A stretch of DNA of 64,000 nucleotides from Guillardia theta CCMP2712 (Eukaryota; Protista; Cryptophyta), in assembly GCF_000315625.1 (NCBI RefSeq), contig NW_005434622.1, forward strand, positions 463,697 through 527,696. The letters are read 5' to 3'. Position 1 is the stretch's first letter. Each line of letters starts with the position of its first letter. Position numbers and translations under genes: made by a program. The notes under the pieces were generated by a model. The model had not been told where the DNA came from. It was given only the letters and a program-made list of their open reading frames with translations, and searched no databases. Below, piece after piece: positions 9,001 through 16,614 of this stretch.

Positions 9001-11595
9001 GGATATTCCACGCCCAGAGGCCACGGAGAAAGTCGAATTAAACAATTTGTAGCTCGTCAAAACAGAGAGTTTGAAGGGACTGTTGGGAAGCAAAATTCCA
9101 TCAATGTGCACAAGCAATGTATAATCTCCAGTGATGTTGGGACAAAAAGGAATGAACAGGACACGCCGAGACGAATCAAATGAGCAGACTCCTTGCTCAA
9201 TATCAAAGGACTGGAACATATATTCACAAAGAGTATTCTCACTGGCATCAGTAGCATTGATGAATACAGTGTTTCTTACTCCCACTGACAACGTAGAAGG
9301 AGAAAAAATCTTACTGTTTTGAACGTTCACAGTGCCTGGAACGGAAGTAAATTGAAAATTCATTCCGTGTATCCTGCATGCAAAATTTAAACGAGCTCCA
9401 CCAACAGATCCTGCAGGAAGATCTGTGCAGAAATTTGGCGGTTCAGGTGGCTGTAAACTTGACAAGTTGTAGCTTCTCTTGTCACACGTGTTTTGACTAT
9501 CGTGCGTCCGAGGATCACAGAACTGAATTTCAACATAATAGTTTCCTAGCCTGTTTGGAATGAATCCAGCCTTAAATGATCCGAATCCAGGGTCTTGACC
9601 GTTGCATGCTTGTGGGCACTTCAAAATATTCAACCCTGAGGAATCAAGTGAGATTGTTGGATTCTTGGAATCCAAATACTCAGCCCAGATCCAAAAGCCT
9701 GGAGCACCATTGGAACTAGACATCCCTGGATAATTTGATGCAGAAAAGAAAGGATCTGACGATGGGACAAAATTTCCAAATGTGTCACGGGCCTGGAAAA
9801 AGCAGATTTCATACGTGCCATTGACAGTAGAATTTGTGTAAGTTAAAATGATAGTGTTTGCAATGTCAGGAGAACTAGGCAAAATCGAAATGTTGTACGG
9901 GGATCCTTGGATGTAGCGAAAAGAGCCTAGCAGTCTTAAATCGAGCAAATATGTTCCCGACCTCGTAATCGTGCATAACAGTTCGTACGTTTTGAGTGAA
10001 AGATGAGGAACAATATCAACCATGATGCTATCGACATTCTGAACACTTCTTATTGACATCGTGAAAACATTTTGATCGAAGAATACTGAATTTCCGTACT
10101 TGTCCCGGAGGATGATCTCGCTACGAATTGTGCGATTTGGTGAAGCAATACCTTCGAGGATTACATGAGTATTGTTCGCATTGTACTCTATAAGAGACGT
10201 TTTTGACGCATTTGGCTCGCCTCCATTGATAGTATACATCAGGTTACCAGCCGGCGGGTGCATTCCGAACAGGTTTTGACTGAAACTTGGAGGAATCACA
10301 ACTCTCTTGGTATGATAAGTAAATTCAATAAAACAAACACCAGCCTTTGTTGTCTCAAATATTCCAAGAACCGCAGTTCCATTGTAATAATTGCAAGAAG
10401 CACACTGAATGCAGCTCCCTCGAGTGCAATTTGTGTCCAACACGAATGTTAAGCGTTGTAAATCGATGTTGACAGGAGCAATGAAATGATTGTCTTCAAA
10501 ACAGCTGACTTGACTCACTGCAACATAACGAACTTCATATGCAATAAGCCGTGAGCAAGTGTTATCATGACCACATTCAATGTTGTTTGAGAACTCATCA
10601 ACTGGAAACATACGAAACAGTGATCGTCCTGGTGACACAGCACCTTCAACATATGAAATGTCTACTGCAAAATTAGATAATTTTCCGGGATTAACTTCTA
10701 CCAAGAATGGGCTCCCTCTTGCTATTGGTGAGTCGTTTAGATCAACTATCATCCATGTCTTGAAACTCCTGGTCGGCAACACCACCCTAGTTATTGGACA
10801 TTCGAATGTCTTGCAAGTCGTGGGCCCATACGCAAATGTCTGATTTTCTACACTGTACGATGTCCATTCATCCGGGCCGAGAGAGGAGTTCAAACCTCCT
10901 CCAAGAGGCATGCCACCCAAGCTTGCACGGATAATATCCACAGACCAATCCCCTGAAACTTTGTTCCCCCAAGCATCATATCTCAGAACCTGAAGGTCGA
11001 TACAATTTCTTTCGTGACACAAAGGGAACCCACGGAGGATGGACAAGAGTGATGCTTGTGACGATGATTGCAAGTTGGAAGTATCGGTGCTAACGTTTGG
11101 GAAAGCTGGTGGCACCAACCCCACAGATTGGTTGAGAGTGACGCAGATTTCGCTTCCGATATCTTGAATTGTAACATTCTGTGTGAAAATCAGTGGCGAT
11201 AGATAACAGACCTTGGACATGAGCGGCGATGAACTCCCTGAGATGACAAGAACACTCGTGAATAATGGCATTCCAGTTGCGACGTTAGTGAAAATGGCAT
11301 TTCTCTCCACTCTTGATAAAGTATGATATTTTCTGTCTGATCCTCCTTCACTACCAATGCAATCTTCATAGACCATCTCTGGATTGGAGTGACCCTTTAC
11401 ATTCTTGTTGTAATGGAAACATTTGCGATGCACAGGGATACTGTTTCGCAAAGCTGCTTCTGACGCGGTCTCAGTACATCGAAAGCCCAAAGCCAATGTA
11501 GCTATTATCAGTACAGGTGATAACCTGTTCTTTCCTTGAATGATGTACTTGCATCGCATGCACTTTGGAAATCCTAAGGCATGGCCTCGCATCAT
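1..11595 (-). CDS. Giant filamin/ABP280-type Ig-repeat protein, probably secreted or surface; single exon in window, 3' truncated (>=3865 codons)
   Basis: The minus frame with triplets starting at positions 1 mod 3 had no stop in any stretch I translated. The ORF track has no minus ORF in this frame between 1 and 11595, as expected for an ORF running off the edge. An upstream in-frame stop lies at 11599-11601. It starts MMRGHALG...SPVLIIATLALG (hydrophobic). Filamin motifs recur: FEIQTRDIFNN, FTIHPRDRFGNP, GCYRVEYSVSAGGDYRIFVMINGIPLQRAPF, GQIHGSPFQILISPG, PLQGSPWTVLV. Confidence 0.88.
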   Translation of the reverse strand, partial: MMRGHALGFPKCMRCKYIIQGKNRLSPVLIIATLALGFRCTETASEAALRNSIPVHRKCFHYNKNVKGHSNPEMVYEDCIGSEGGSDRKYHTLSRVERNAIFTNVATGMPLFTSVLVISGSSSPLMSKVCYLSPLIFTQNVTIQDIGSEICVTLNQSVGLVPPAFPNVSTDTSNLQSSSQASLLSILRGFPLCHERNCIDLQVLRYDAWGNKVSGDWSVDIIRASLGGMPLGGGLNSSLGPDEWTSYSVENQTFAYGPTTCKTFECPITRVVLPTRSFKTWMIVDLNDSPIARGSPFLVEVNPGKLSNFAVDISYVEGAVSPGRSLFRMFPVDEFSNNIECGHDNTCSRLIAYEVRYVAVSQVSCFEDNHFIAPVNIDLQRLTFVLDTNCTRGSCIQCASCNYYNGTAVLGIFETTKAGVCFIEFTYHTKRVVIPPSFSQNLFGMHPPAGNLMYTINGGEPNASKTSLIEYNANNTHVILEGIASPNRTIRSEIILRDKYGNSVFFDQNVFTMSIRSVQNVDSIMVDIVPHLSLKTYELLCTITRSGTYLLDLRLLGSFRYIQGSPYNISILPSSPDIANTIILTYTNSTVNGTYEICFFQARDTFGNFVPSSDPFFSASNYPGMSSSNGAPGFWIWAEYLDSKNPTISLDSSGLNILKCPQACNGQDPGFGSFKAGFIPNRLGNYYVEIQFCDPRTHDSQNTCDKRSYNLSSLQPPEPPNFCTDLPAGSVGGARLNFACRIHGMNFQFTSVPGTVNVQNSKIFSPSTLSVGVRNTVFINATDASENTLCEYMFQSFDIEQGVCSFDSSRRVLFIPFCPNITGDYTLLVHIDGILLPNSPFKLSVLTSYKLFNSTFSVASGRGISYAKVGDENTFTLYLRDHFGNLIPPDIEIPQQGWPFYKECGYPYKTLPSGEPTSGYGLSTCKLAFHTYILNSSLLPIRPIQGFSVYEVSPQTDGGILISYGVEETGLTLMFIRFLPFSDAGFVLHNQSGYLSLAAMNQSREGQIHGSPFQILISPGASNHAIPGGPALQGGVIEATSENYFSISVFDVFDNFVPCNSQEVDIAIRDSNGLPIEIALFISSDSSQFEYSCLVFFNPTRVGKYQLSLKYNQISAVGGPVDFYVALGLYPFSLFSTFARLRSQSTYWSCSRPSNRNQFTATDLCNDMIVAGNPFWVQVSTRDAFGRVPQDQNVTFNVNIRNSLGSNLLQGYTTRTHRGEHELKVLITVSGHYYVSVDFQGVNVNFSARNSNFQQLSVNSAPMSPEASSILGSGLTLATAGDVSRFTIHPRDRFGNPVPNLFPPDEYTFLPGKSLLQVYLTDMHSYEVVGRLKRMDAGGYVSELDVSRSGIYNITVMLLDEFPSIPIDSLAVIRNSYFTSRVGNRSKLFQGDMVGTTMQPFLIHVQPGRACYGEKCSCLGVPSNGSVVMLGIVQGQPITAGEAFPLIIDWKDSCDNPTSAEQRKIFIVADILSEYTNFSAISDFGSTSKVDIKLTRSGIYRINVYVEGVPLLPYDLDVQILPMMTSYPEFSFLLSNLSKNLLTTSGFSFVVQVNDKYSNRLSVGADVFDIQLSPIGNFYGQEGFSKSVQDHMNGLYSISITDVRSAGTHLLNISIDGELIDHGSSLIQIYGGVMDPSKSSFVFNKFSNISNSNNFEIYSSTYKTFQTTVTQFCELDFFGQDLIGFPTRFGYENIQIEISLNSNSAYRVPSKLGIPLWTNSRCVNTNYGQYCNSMESNGVQADHVYVEILQEKNSMVQFDFDIHNDSKCISSTGFDSVYTKFDNYTTENHAAMNVSSMMKYFDTCMLKCIEFNCSCLTFVANTGTYLDGRCIVMTGPIFIQTQAYPFSNFSGMNVAVPFNKIYRNWAYFAPTAPIKFKIRFDAVGTFTFRMYVNNTEISKGIKEVQVNPMEVSLSHSSLIITDKKGNIVCSRTPTATEDKCTSLVAGEQYCFLFTLMDSNSNNLALASDWQENMFYVCFFNHNCTNEFLTLEANNFVSRIQFVVTGPYSIFLKEGNSEFKQMNFSFQVLSSPTMYNSSTIELSKGICSVACENSVIVPFDRYYNTMNTVFSFFVWDNDIGGYSTVSQPTTLAELQPPFTTKYLFECTRAGQYMVQVFGSQQSMLVGSPLFFIVNPGLLNLSNSVMSGPGLIGGYQDCFTFLELHTKDQYGNAVHCNVSYITLHYDRGQNLLTIPFASDSSRCSLLFKIQWNFSSELTVSYLNHKFSNFNFTVFQNQSSQLSQNQSIVRCEFVSDGFSRLYPCQSDGDASMQAGAVFVLQGSLLDDLGLIPLIPNNSLHVNILKCDMLFYAHFSRCKVMSNTIIPIQTNILGRFRFEYNLSSAVRHEFALQGIGILYKWNVMVHPTDSGNEFVLYGSALERLAFNYKQTFTIENRDKFGNLRSSKQKSNPFDVRIYFEGNLIQASVQGLSNCLDATCVYDGRFLVSFFIPLSAQCISQSMMACNMQNSSRDANITVVFNESIIIFSKCLSVFDAGVFFEPASFSLKISKSKGLYFSAGESLQIYVVPENSVGQKVATSYGHLRLFLDGFNDALVECKNDECYLGTLPPIYVAGKYILSILDGAIPIQGSPFVVDVGTSQLDAKACEIYSESILFTYVNVLNKASIYFLDIFGNKILHAFNVKCSLYVTSRIDPNLRLQIPCHPQSGFNVVSFSFALPGQYLLQFSVDGTIVQYGTLYTGGLMSPLSPEGIDCMALSRGISASNSYVSFDSTFSYATAGLPFKFSIIGRDQFNHTNNDLALYDVTLEHGECGVQSGMAPIQYCLSTYSGKFLLKILFNKIDVHGSPYEIYIQPGPISLQNTYLLQPQVKIYTKQVSGKTFSSKTSSQDGAFIKAVGSNSFTIVIKDKFSNLLNQAQIIEQCGNQLPEIIFTVRKQFSQIVNGGLTIWNEENIVVTNGTVSLSLQSPNVYISNSSLFTCGRFSTIPPVDPSSSQVEHEEISSMSNGSFVLSFYTTVAGKYRIEVFINGFRIAKHVSVDDIIAVENGDIAVENGCCIPLKSGVNCPSSGDAGPVCGDVITILPSTFNRTVSTISSSLQQAETSQFTPSTVFFDLPYVYIFSRDAFGNRLTFSKLEFQILIIHRNGSIIFSSIAEPLSPNPDLQVCQQTNLDPSCGAYQYLWPTYSISGTYKIEVLYQGLRVGEQEIFRTIRSGEPNLNSVQLFGPGLHVYTPGNMTYFYMRVYDSVGNLWEPDCCQNSTISIAFSPPNTFGIGYPNQNPSPRLSLQYIALTPWTRLVYFGEGLFQVQYVPWPNTTGLVYFQVYLGSKRATFTLPNGNLQSFFTNSWFPQYPYTALVPNAENSFATGSALYTHFAGDTVYLYVHAMTNLSLTADGFLPSLADDQGNSFVIRIVGPPGVSSRRIEPQRSQGYIPWQLHASWVSSVSGIYKIYVEYGGVQIKGNSTNLVSPLQGSPWTVLVRSAPIEVNYTRIVGTGISFAQVEKLATFEIQTRDIFNNPIRKPSYDKFRGDDKVNVSILSTYGSPMFPRIVSLRDGCYRVEYSVSAGGDYRIFVMINGILLQRAPFILRVQEFAVDRSNTQMYIKFAQKAGQLCEYSIASSQSFNPPCNILVVGELIEFEIDIKDYSNQSVLLSQEIQKYPSLEVLGSSFSKQISFYIEQDSKRRKMSASFLVTKSGAYSVRSNILSLDTLEFRFEITLEPQEANIKNSFFTGPPRESFVNESIYAFFHGRDFFGNRCPFNQELELQVQDRSGDSVSISYNVTSSSNVSQVVFKIAIPGLYRIFLFMRSNFETNMLQMVPGSGFEISVQEFAPLVNYAQFTLSGDRIDVVFMAPTNLACSSVTATCSNISRNGLYGDRDCCTMFDIHSCKLFGTNSVCCFKSAMHLQVVMGV

Positions 11596-11939
11596 CCCTC
11601 AAGTCGTCGGGGAAAGTTCTTGTTCAAGCGCAGATATGAGATGCTGGGCAATGTCATGCGCCATGGGAGCATACTTGTTGTCAGCACACTTGAACTTCCG
11701 TCAGACATCAGCACTTGCACGCGTCACAGGCTGGCTAACAACTCTTACCATCATTCTCGCGCTCAATGTCGTGTGTGTGCTGCATGGAGGTTGCAATCGG
11801 GAATTGGCTTGGGGAAGGTACTATGATGGACAGACTCCCGAGTCAACCCGCGCATGAGTTATTGGTATCTCAGAGAAGTGGACAGCTCATTTCAAGATAT
11901 TAAATAATTTCTCACTGTCTTTCTTTGTTAGGCTCATTG

Positions 11940-12260
11940 GAGGGCCCGGCACCGCCCGCCCGCCTTGTCACACGCTGTTACGGGCCGGGCGCTGGGCAGC
12001 CCGCCGCCAACCCTGTCTACCGGACTTCCGCCCGGCGCCGCTGGTAGTAACCGTTTGACGGCTACTCTGGCGGCGGGCAGGCAGCCATGTTAGAAAACAG
12101 TACTGTAGTCACGATTCACGGCGGCCCGGACTCAGTGGGAGTTTCAAGGCTACTCAAACGGTCCACGCCCGGCATGACTCAGGCTGGTCCGGGTCACCGG
12201 TGCCATGCCAGATCGGCGGGCCCTCAGTGATCGGACTCAGCCGGCAACTGAGCTGAGGCG
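11940..12260. promoter_or_regulatory. GC-rich island in divergent promoter region
   Basis: CCGG/GGCC-rich tract with GACTCA motifs between two divergent gene starts. The same pattern occurs upstream of other genes in the window. Confidence 0.5.
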
Positions 12261-12381
12261 AACTCGAGAATAAGGATCGATTTTAGTTAACTCGGTATTG
12301 GCACAAGGGGGTACCTGCGTGGGATATTGAAGGGGTAGTGCCACACGACAGCGGCTCTTCGCAATGTACGCTGGGGGGAGG

Positions 12382-13253
12382 ATGAGCCAAGAAGATGCAC
12401 CTGCGATGGGGGCAGCCTTCATGTGCCTCTTATGTTGCAGCTGCATCTTCCTCTGCCTTGTGCTAGCATGTAAGTTTCTATTTCTCTCGCCTCTCCATCC
12501 TTTTGTGTGTAAGCTTGTCTCTATCCGTTTCATCACAGTCCTACCCTTGTCTCAACTTGACCTTCGCTGCTGGAGGGGTTGATTTAGCTTTCTCATTCTC
12601 TGTGTCATGCTTGCCATGCCAATTTGAAGAGACGATGATGATTGGTTTGACAACATCAAGCATTTCTGGTTTCTCATTTGCGTATTTGTATTTTGTTGTG
12701 GAGCGGCCACTCGTTTACTGACTTCCGCACTCGCATTACAGTTATCGTATGGGCTGTATGGGTAGTATTCGACAGCTCCAGCGCTTATTATGTTTCCTGT
12801 GCTGAAGAATCCAATATCTGGGTTTTTGTTCTCACAGCAGTGATAATTGTCCCAGTGACTGGAATGATCATAAGTTTGATCCAAGCTCAATTTGGCAGGA
12901 ATGTGACCTTGATGATAATCACATCTTGCATCCCATTCTTCACCGGGACATGGGGATTCTTGTTGTGGGTCAATATGACAAGAGATTGTGAAAAGTATTA
13001 TGATATCCACTATTCTAGCCTTCTACTTCTTTTCAAAATTTCGGTGGTTCTTTGCGTAATATCGTTCATCACGACGTTATGCACCATATGTATCCTGGGA
13101 GGAGCAATGGCTGCTGGCTACAGTCAACTTAATCCTTCAAGCGATGCAACCTATCATGACATTCCGGATTCGCTGAATGACAATGAAAAGCAGAAGAGCT
13201 CCTCTCAAGGGCAGGCTGGAGGAGCCTCGGGCGTCACTGAAGGCTACGTCTGA
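12382..13253 (+). CDS. Multi-pass membrane protein of unknown function (multi-exon)
   Basis: Starts MSQEDAPAMGAAFMCLLCC, followed by short introns. The long last exon (ORF 12678..13253) has about four hydrophobic helices and a polar tail. Confidence 0.65.
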
Positions 13254-13478
13254 TTGGATGAAAGCATTATGAAATGGGGATGATGTCAGAATGCTTTCAT
13301 GTGCTGCGTCGTCAAAAGCGAAATCAGCAAGGGGTTCGAATCGCCGCCTTGGCTTTCTTTTTCGGGAATAGTTTCCATGTATGTAACAACCTATAAATAA
13401 CCGGAGCGTCGATTTGAGACGATTTGAACTCTTTTATTGGTTTGTTTTGTCGAAGATCTTGTCGATGTGCCATTAAAT

Positions 13479-16057
13479 TTACTTGTCCGTGAACAATCTA
13501 ATGGTGTGATCGATGCCACACGTAAACAACCAGGGCTGTAAACTCTCATCACAACTAGCTTTCAAACAGCAGTTTCAGGTGTACCTGAGTAGGATGGAAA
13601 AGAATGTCCAGTATTCCATCCATTCCATCATTCTTGTGCGCATGCAATCTTTTCAGCGGCACAATCAACGGGTTGTCCATGAGGTCGTTGTAAACCTGCC
13701 CACGAATGAGCTGATGGCATCAACAGCTCAGGCATCCCCTACCATGCCATGGAACACGTAGGCAACACCGTCCTCGCCTCCTGCTGCAAAAAGTGGCAAT
13801 CGCTTGTGAAATGCGACCGTCCTGCAACTAAACATCAGAAGCAAACGAGGAGAAAGGTTATTGACCTCAGTCCCGTGTTGTTGTATCGCATTGTTTTGTA
13901 AGGCTTCGCCGACAGGTCCATGTCAAACCAAGAAATCTTGCGATCGAAAGCAGAGCAAACAACATTATCTCCTCCGGGATGAATATCAAAGGACGAAAGC
14001 CATTTAAACCCTCCAAGAAGATTTTTGCTCAACATTTGCTTTTGCAGATTGTACACTTTCACATGCTTCTTAGTAGCAAGGAATAAAAAAGGTTTGCTTG
14101 GATGGAACAAAACTTTCTGCGTATCAGATTTGGATTTGGTGAAGGGATTTTGACTTTGCATCTTTGAGAGCTGGTGAATCAGTACAGCTTTTGTGTTTGC
14201 TTGAGGCGACAAAGTGACGAAATAGTCCCCTTTGTGATGCCACGTCACTTGAGTGACTGGTTTGGCGTGCTTGACCCGGAGAAGAAGACCTTGTTCTTTC
14301 TCTGCGCTTGCCACGTCTTCAAACTTGACAAGTTCGTTCTTTTCCTTCGATCCCTTTGACGCAGCAAATTCCCGCCCCTTCAATAACAACTCTTGTATCG
14401 CAGCTGATTGCAGATTGTCCTGTGGTCCAAATCTAGGATCAATCAATATCACTTCAGAACCTACCGCAACCGCAATGATTGGAAAGTCCACATTCGGGTT
14501 CCAAGAAATGTACGAAACTGGTTGTTTCAAATTCCACTTTTTCCAACACCTGCCTGTTGAAACCTCCCATACCATCACAAAACCGTCGTTGGAGGCTGAA
14601 GCAAAGTATTGGCCATCGGGATGGTGCGAGAGAGAATTGATTTTGTCCTTGTGACCTTCATAGACTACCGTTAGCACGCTAGGATATGGTCTGAGGTCTG
14701 CAGGTTTCGGAAGCTTTGGCAACAAAGATTGAGGATCGACATTCATACGCTTCTTGACTGTCCTAGGGCACAGATAAAGATCTAGGCACCTTTCAAAACG
14801 CTCTTGCACCAGACTAGGGTATAAAGGAACTTTTTTCAGGGATGTATAAGCCTGGGGAATGAAGTTCAGTGGTCGATCTGAAGGATCTTGTTTCAGCATC
14901 TCCTCTTGCTCTTCCGGAGACAAGAGATACTCCTTTGAGGGATTGTAAGATTCCGCATGTCCGGGCAATTTCATCTTTGGCGCAGGTATCGGGACCGCCC
15001 CCCGATGGACCACATCATCCTCTCTTTCCCAGACATCAAAGTTGTATAGCTTGTCAGGATCTTGGGGATCTGGGTCTCGCTTGAGCTTTCCAGCACGAAT
15101 CATCCTAACATATCGAACGATCTTCTTGGCTTCATGTTTCGACGGGACAAATCTCGACTTTGGTTCGGGTCCGCTTGGACCAAAAATCTTGAGCTCAGGG
15201 TCGTCCTCAGGAACCGGATAATCCTCGTAAGGATCAATACCAGGCTCGTATTTTCCATTTCTCAACCGTCGAAGCAGCTTCACTTCTGCATCGGTCAATC
15301 GAAGCTCCTCGTCGTTGACTTCATCATACACCAGCCGCCAAGGTTCTGGATCATCCGCGCGATCTAGATGTCTCTGCAATGCATCTTTCTTGGTCTTTCT
15401 CAAGATCTTCTTGCCACTCAAATCATAACCAATATGCTTTTCATCCTTGTACCACTCCATCGGAATATTCCCCACAGGGTTTTTCATGACAGGTCCATCT
15501 TCGTCTGAGTCTGATTCTGGAACAATTCTGCCTTCTTGAGACTCTTGATGCTCAGCAGCCGTGTTCTTGATCTTCAACAGCTTGCTTTTGTTCAAGTATT
15601 TCCTCACTTCTCTATCTTCTTCTTCCTTCTGAATTTCGGCGCTGGTCTTATCGCGTTTCTTCGATGTTTCGTCATCGGATCCCCACAAGTCCCCATCGCC
15701 GTGCTCTTCATTTTCTGTTTCATCTTCTTCGTCTTCGCCTCCTTCGTCTTCCACACAATCCTCCTGCTCTTCTTCTTCTTCTTCCTCCTCCTCCTCCTCC
15801 TCCTCCTCCTCCTCCTCCTCTTCCTCCGCCTCATCTTGATGGCTCTCTCCGCTATCGCCTTGTTCATCTTCATCATCCCCACCCTCAAAGTCTCCTTCCG
15901 AAAGTTCTTGCTCCTCTCCCTCAGGTTCATGGTCATCCTTACTTCCATCTTCATCGCTGCTATCTTCACCAACACTTATCTTTCCGTTCTGACCGAGGCT
16001 CTCCTCCTCCTCCTCCTGCCCTCGGCTTGCACCAGCCGCACGTCGCTTGCCTACCAT
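13479..16057 (-). CDS. BOP1: Ribosome biogenesis protein BOP1/Erb1 (WD40)
   Basis: Acidic N-terminus; [54 protein letters not shown]40 repeats. Three short 3' introns lead to [23 protein letters not shown], with the stop at 13479. Confidence 0.96.
15771..15826. repeat. (CTC/CTT)n trinucleotide tract encoding poly-Glu in BOP1
   Basis: Directly visible in the sequence. Confidence 0.9.
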
Positions 16058-16614
16058 GCTGCACGTGAAGTCGAGGGGGGGTGGGGGTACGAATACAGTT
16101 TCTAGAAGGGGTGGGGGTGCCTACTTGGCTGCCCCGGCCCAGTTCGATCAGAGGGGAGGCGGGCTCGCTTGGCTTCACACAGAAGCGTCTCGAGCATGGG
16201 AGGGGGACGGAAAAGGAGGATGGCGGGGAAGGTGAAGAAGGGAGATAGGGGGTTTGTTTCAGAATACATGTAGAGGAGATAGCCAGCAGATAGATAACAA
16301 GTTCGAGGTGGTGAAGCAGCAATCTCAGTCTGGAACTTCTTGTCTTTGTGTACACACGGGGATTTGAATCGAACGATCCATTGCACGCGGGGTTTCTGGA
16401 GGCAGTCCATCGCATCCATTTCTGATCAATATGTGGTGACAAGCCGATAGATCTTGAGTTACCTTCCATAATTGAATGCTGACAAATTTCAAGAGGGCCG
16501 GGGGCCGTTGATAAAGTGGTTGACCTTCCTGTCAGGGAATATTCTACTCGCCACCGCTGGCCGTGTTCATAAACCAATTCATTTCGACTTGTCCTGAAGT
16601 GGGGTGTCTACGCA

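Noticed and set aside
9-11501. Many short ORFs on both strands
   Set aside because: They are shadows of the giant minus-strand ORF.
13251-13300. SECIS element / selenoprotein
   Set aside because: The inner region is too short for SECIS geometry, and there is no Sec-like motif at the UGA.
15536-16105. Poly-Leu/Pro/Arg ORFs
   Set aside because: Alternative frames of the BOP1 poly-Glu tract.
16100-16610. snoRNA or other ncRNA between BOP1 and the FKBP gene
   Set aside because: No convincing paired C/D or H/ACA boxes; an Infernal/Rfam search would be needed.
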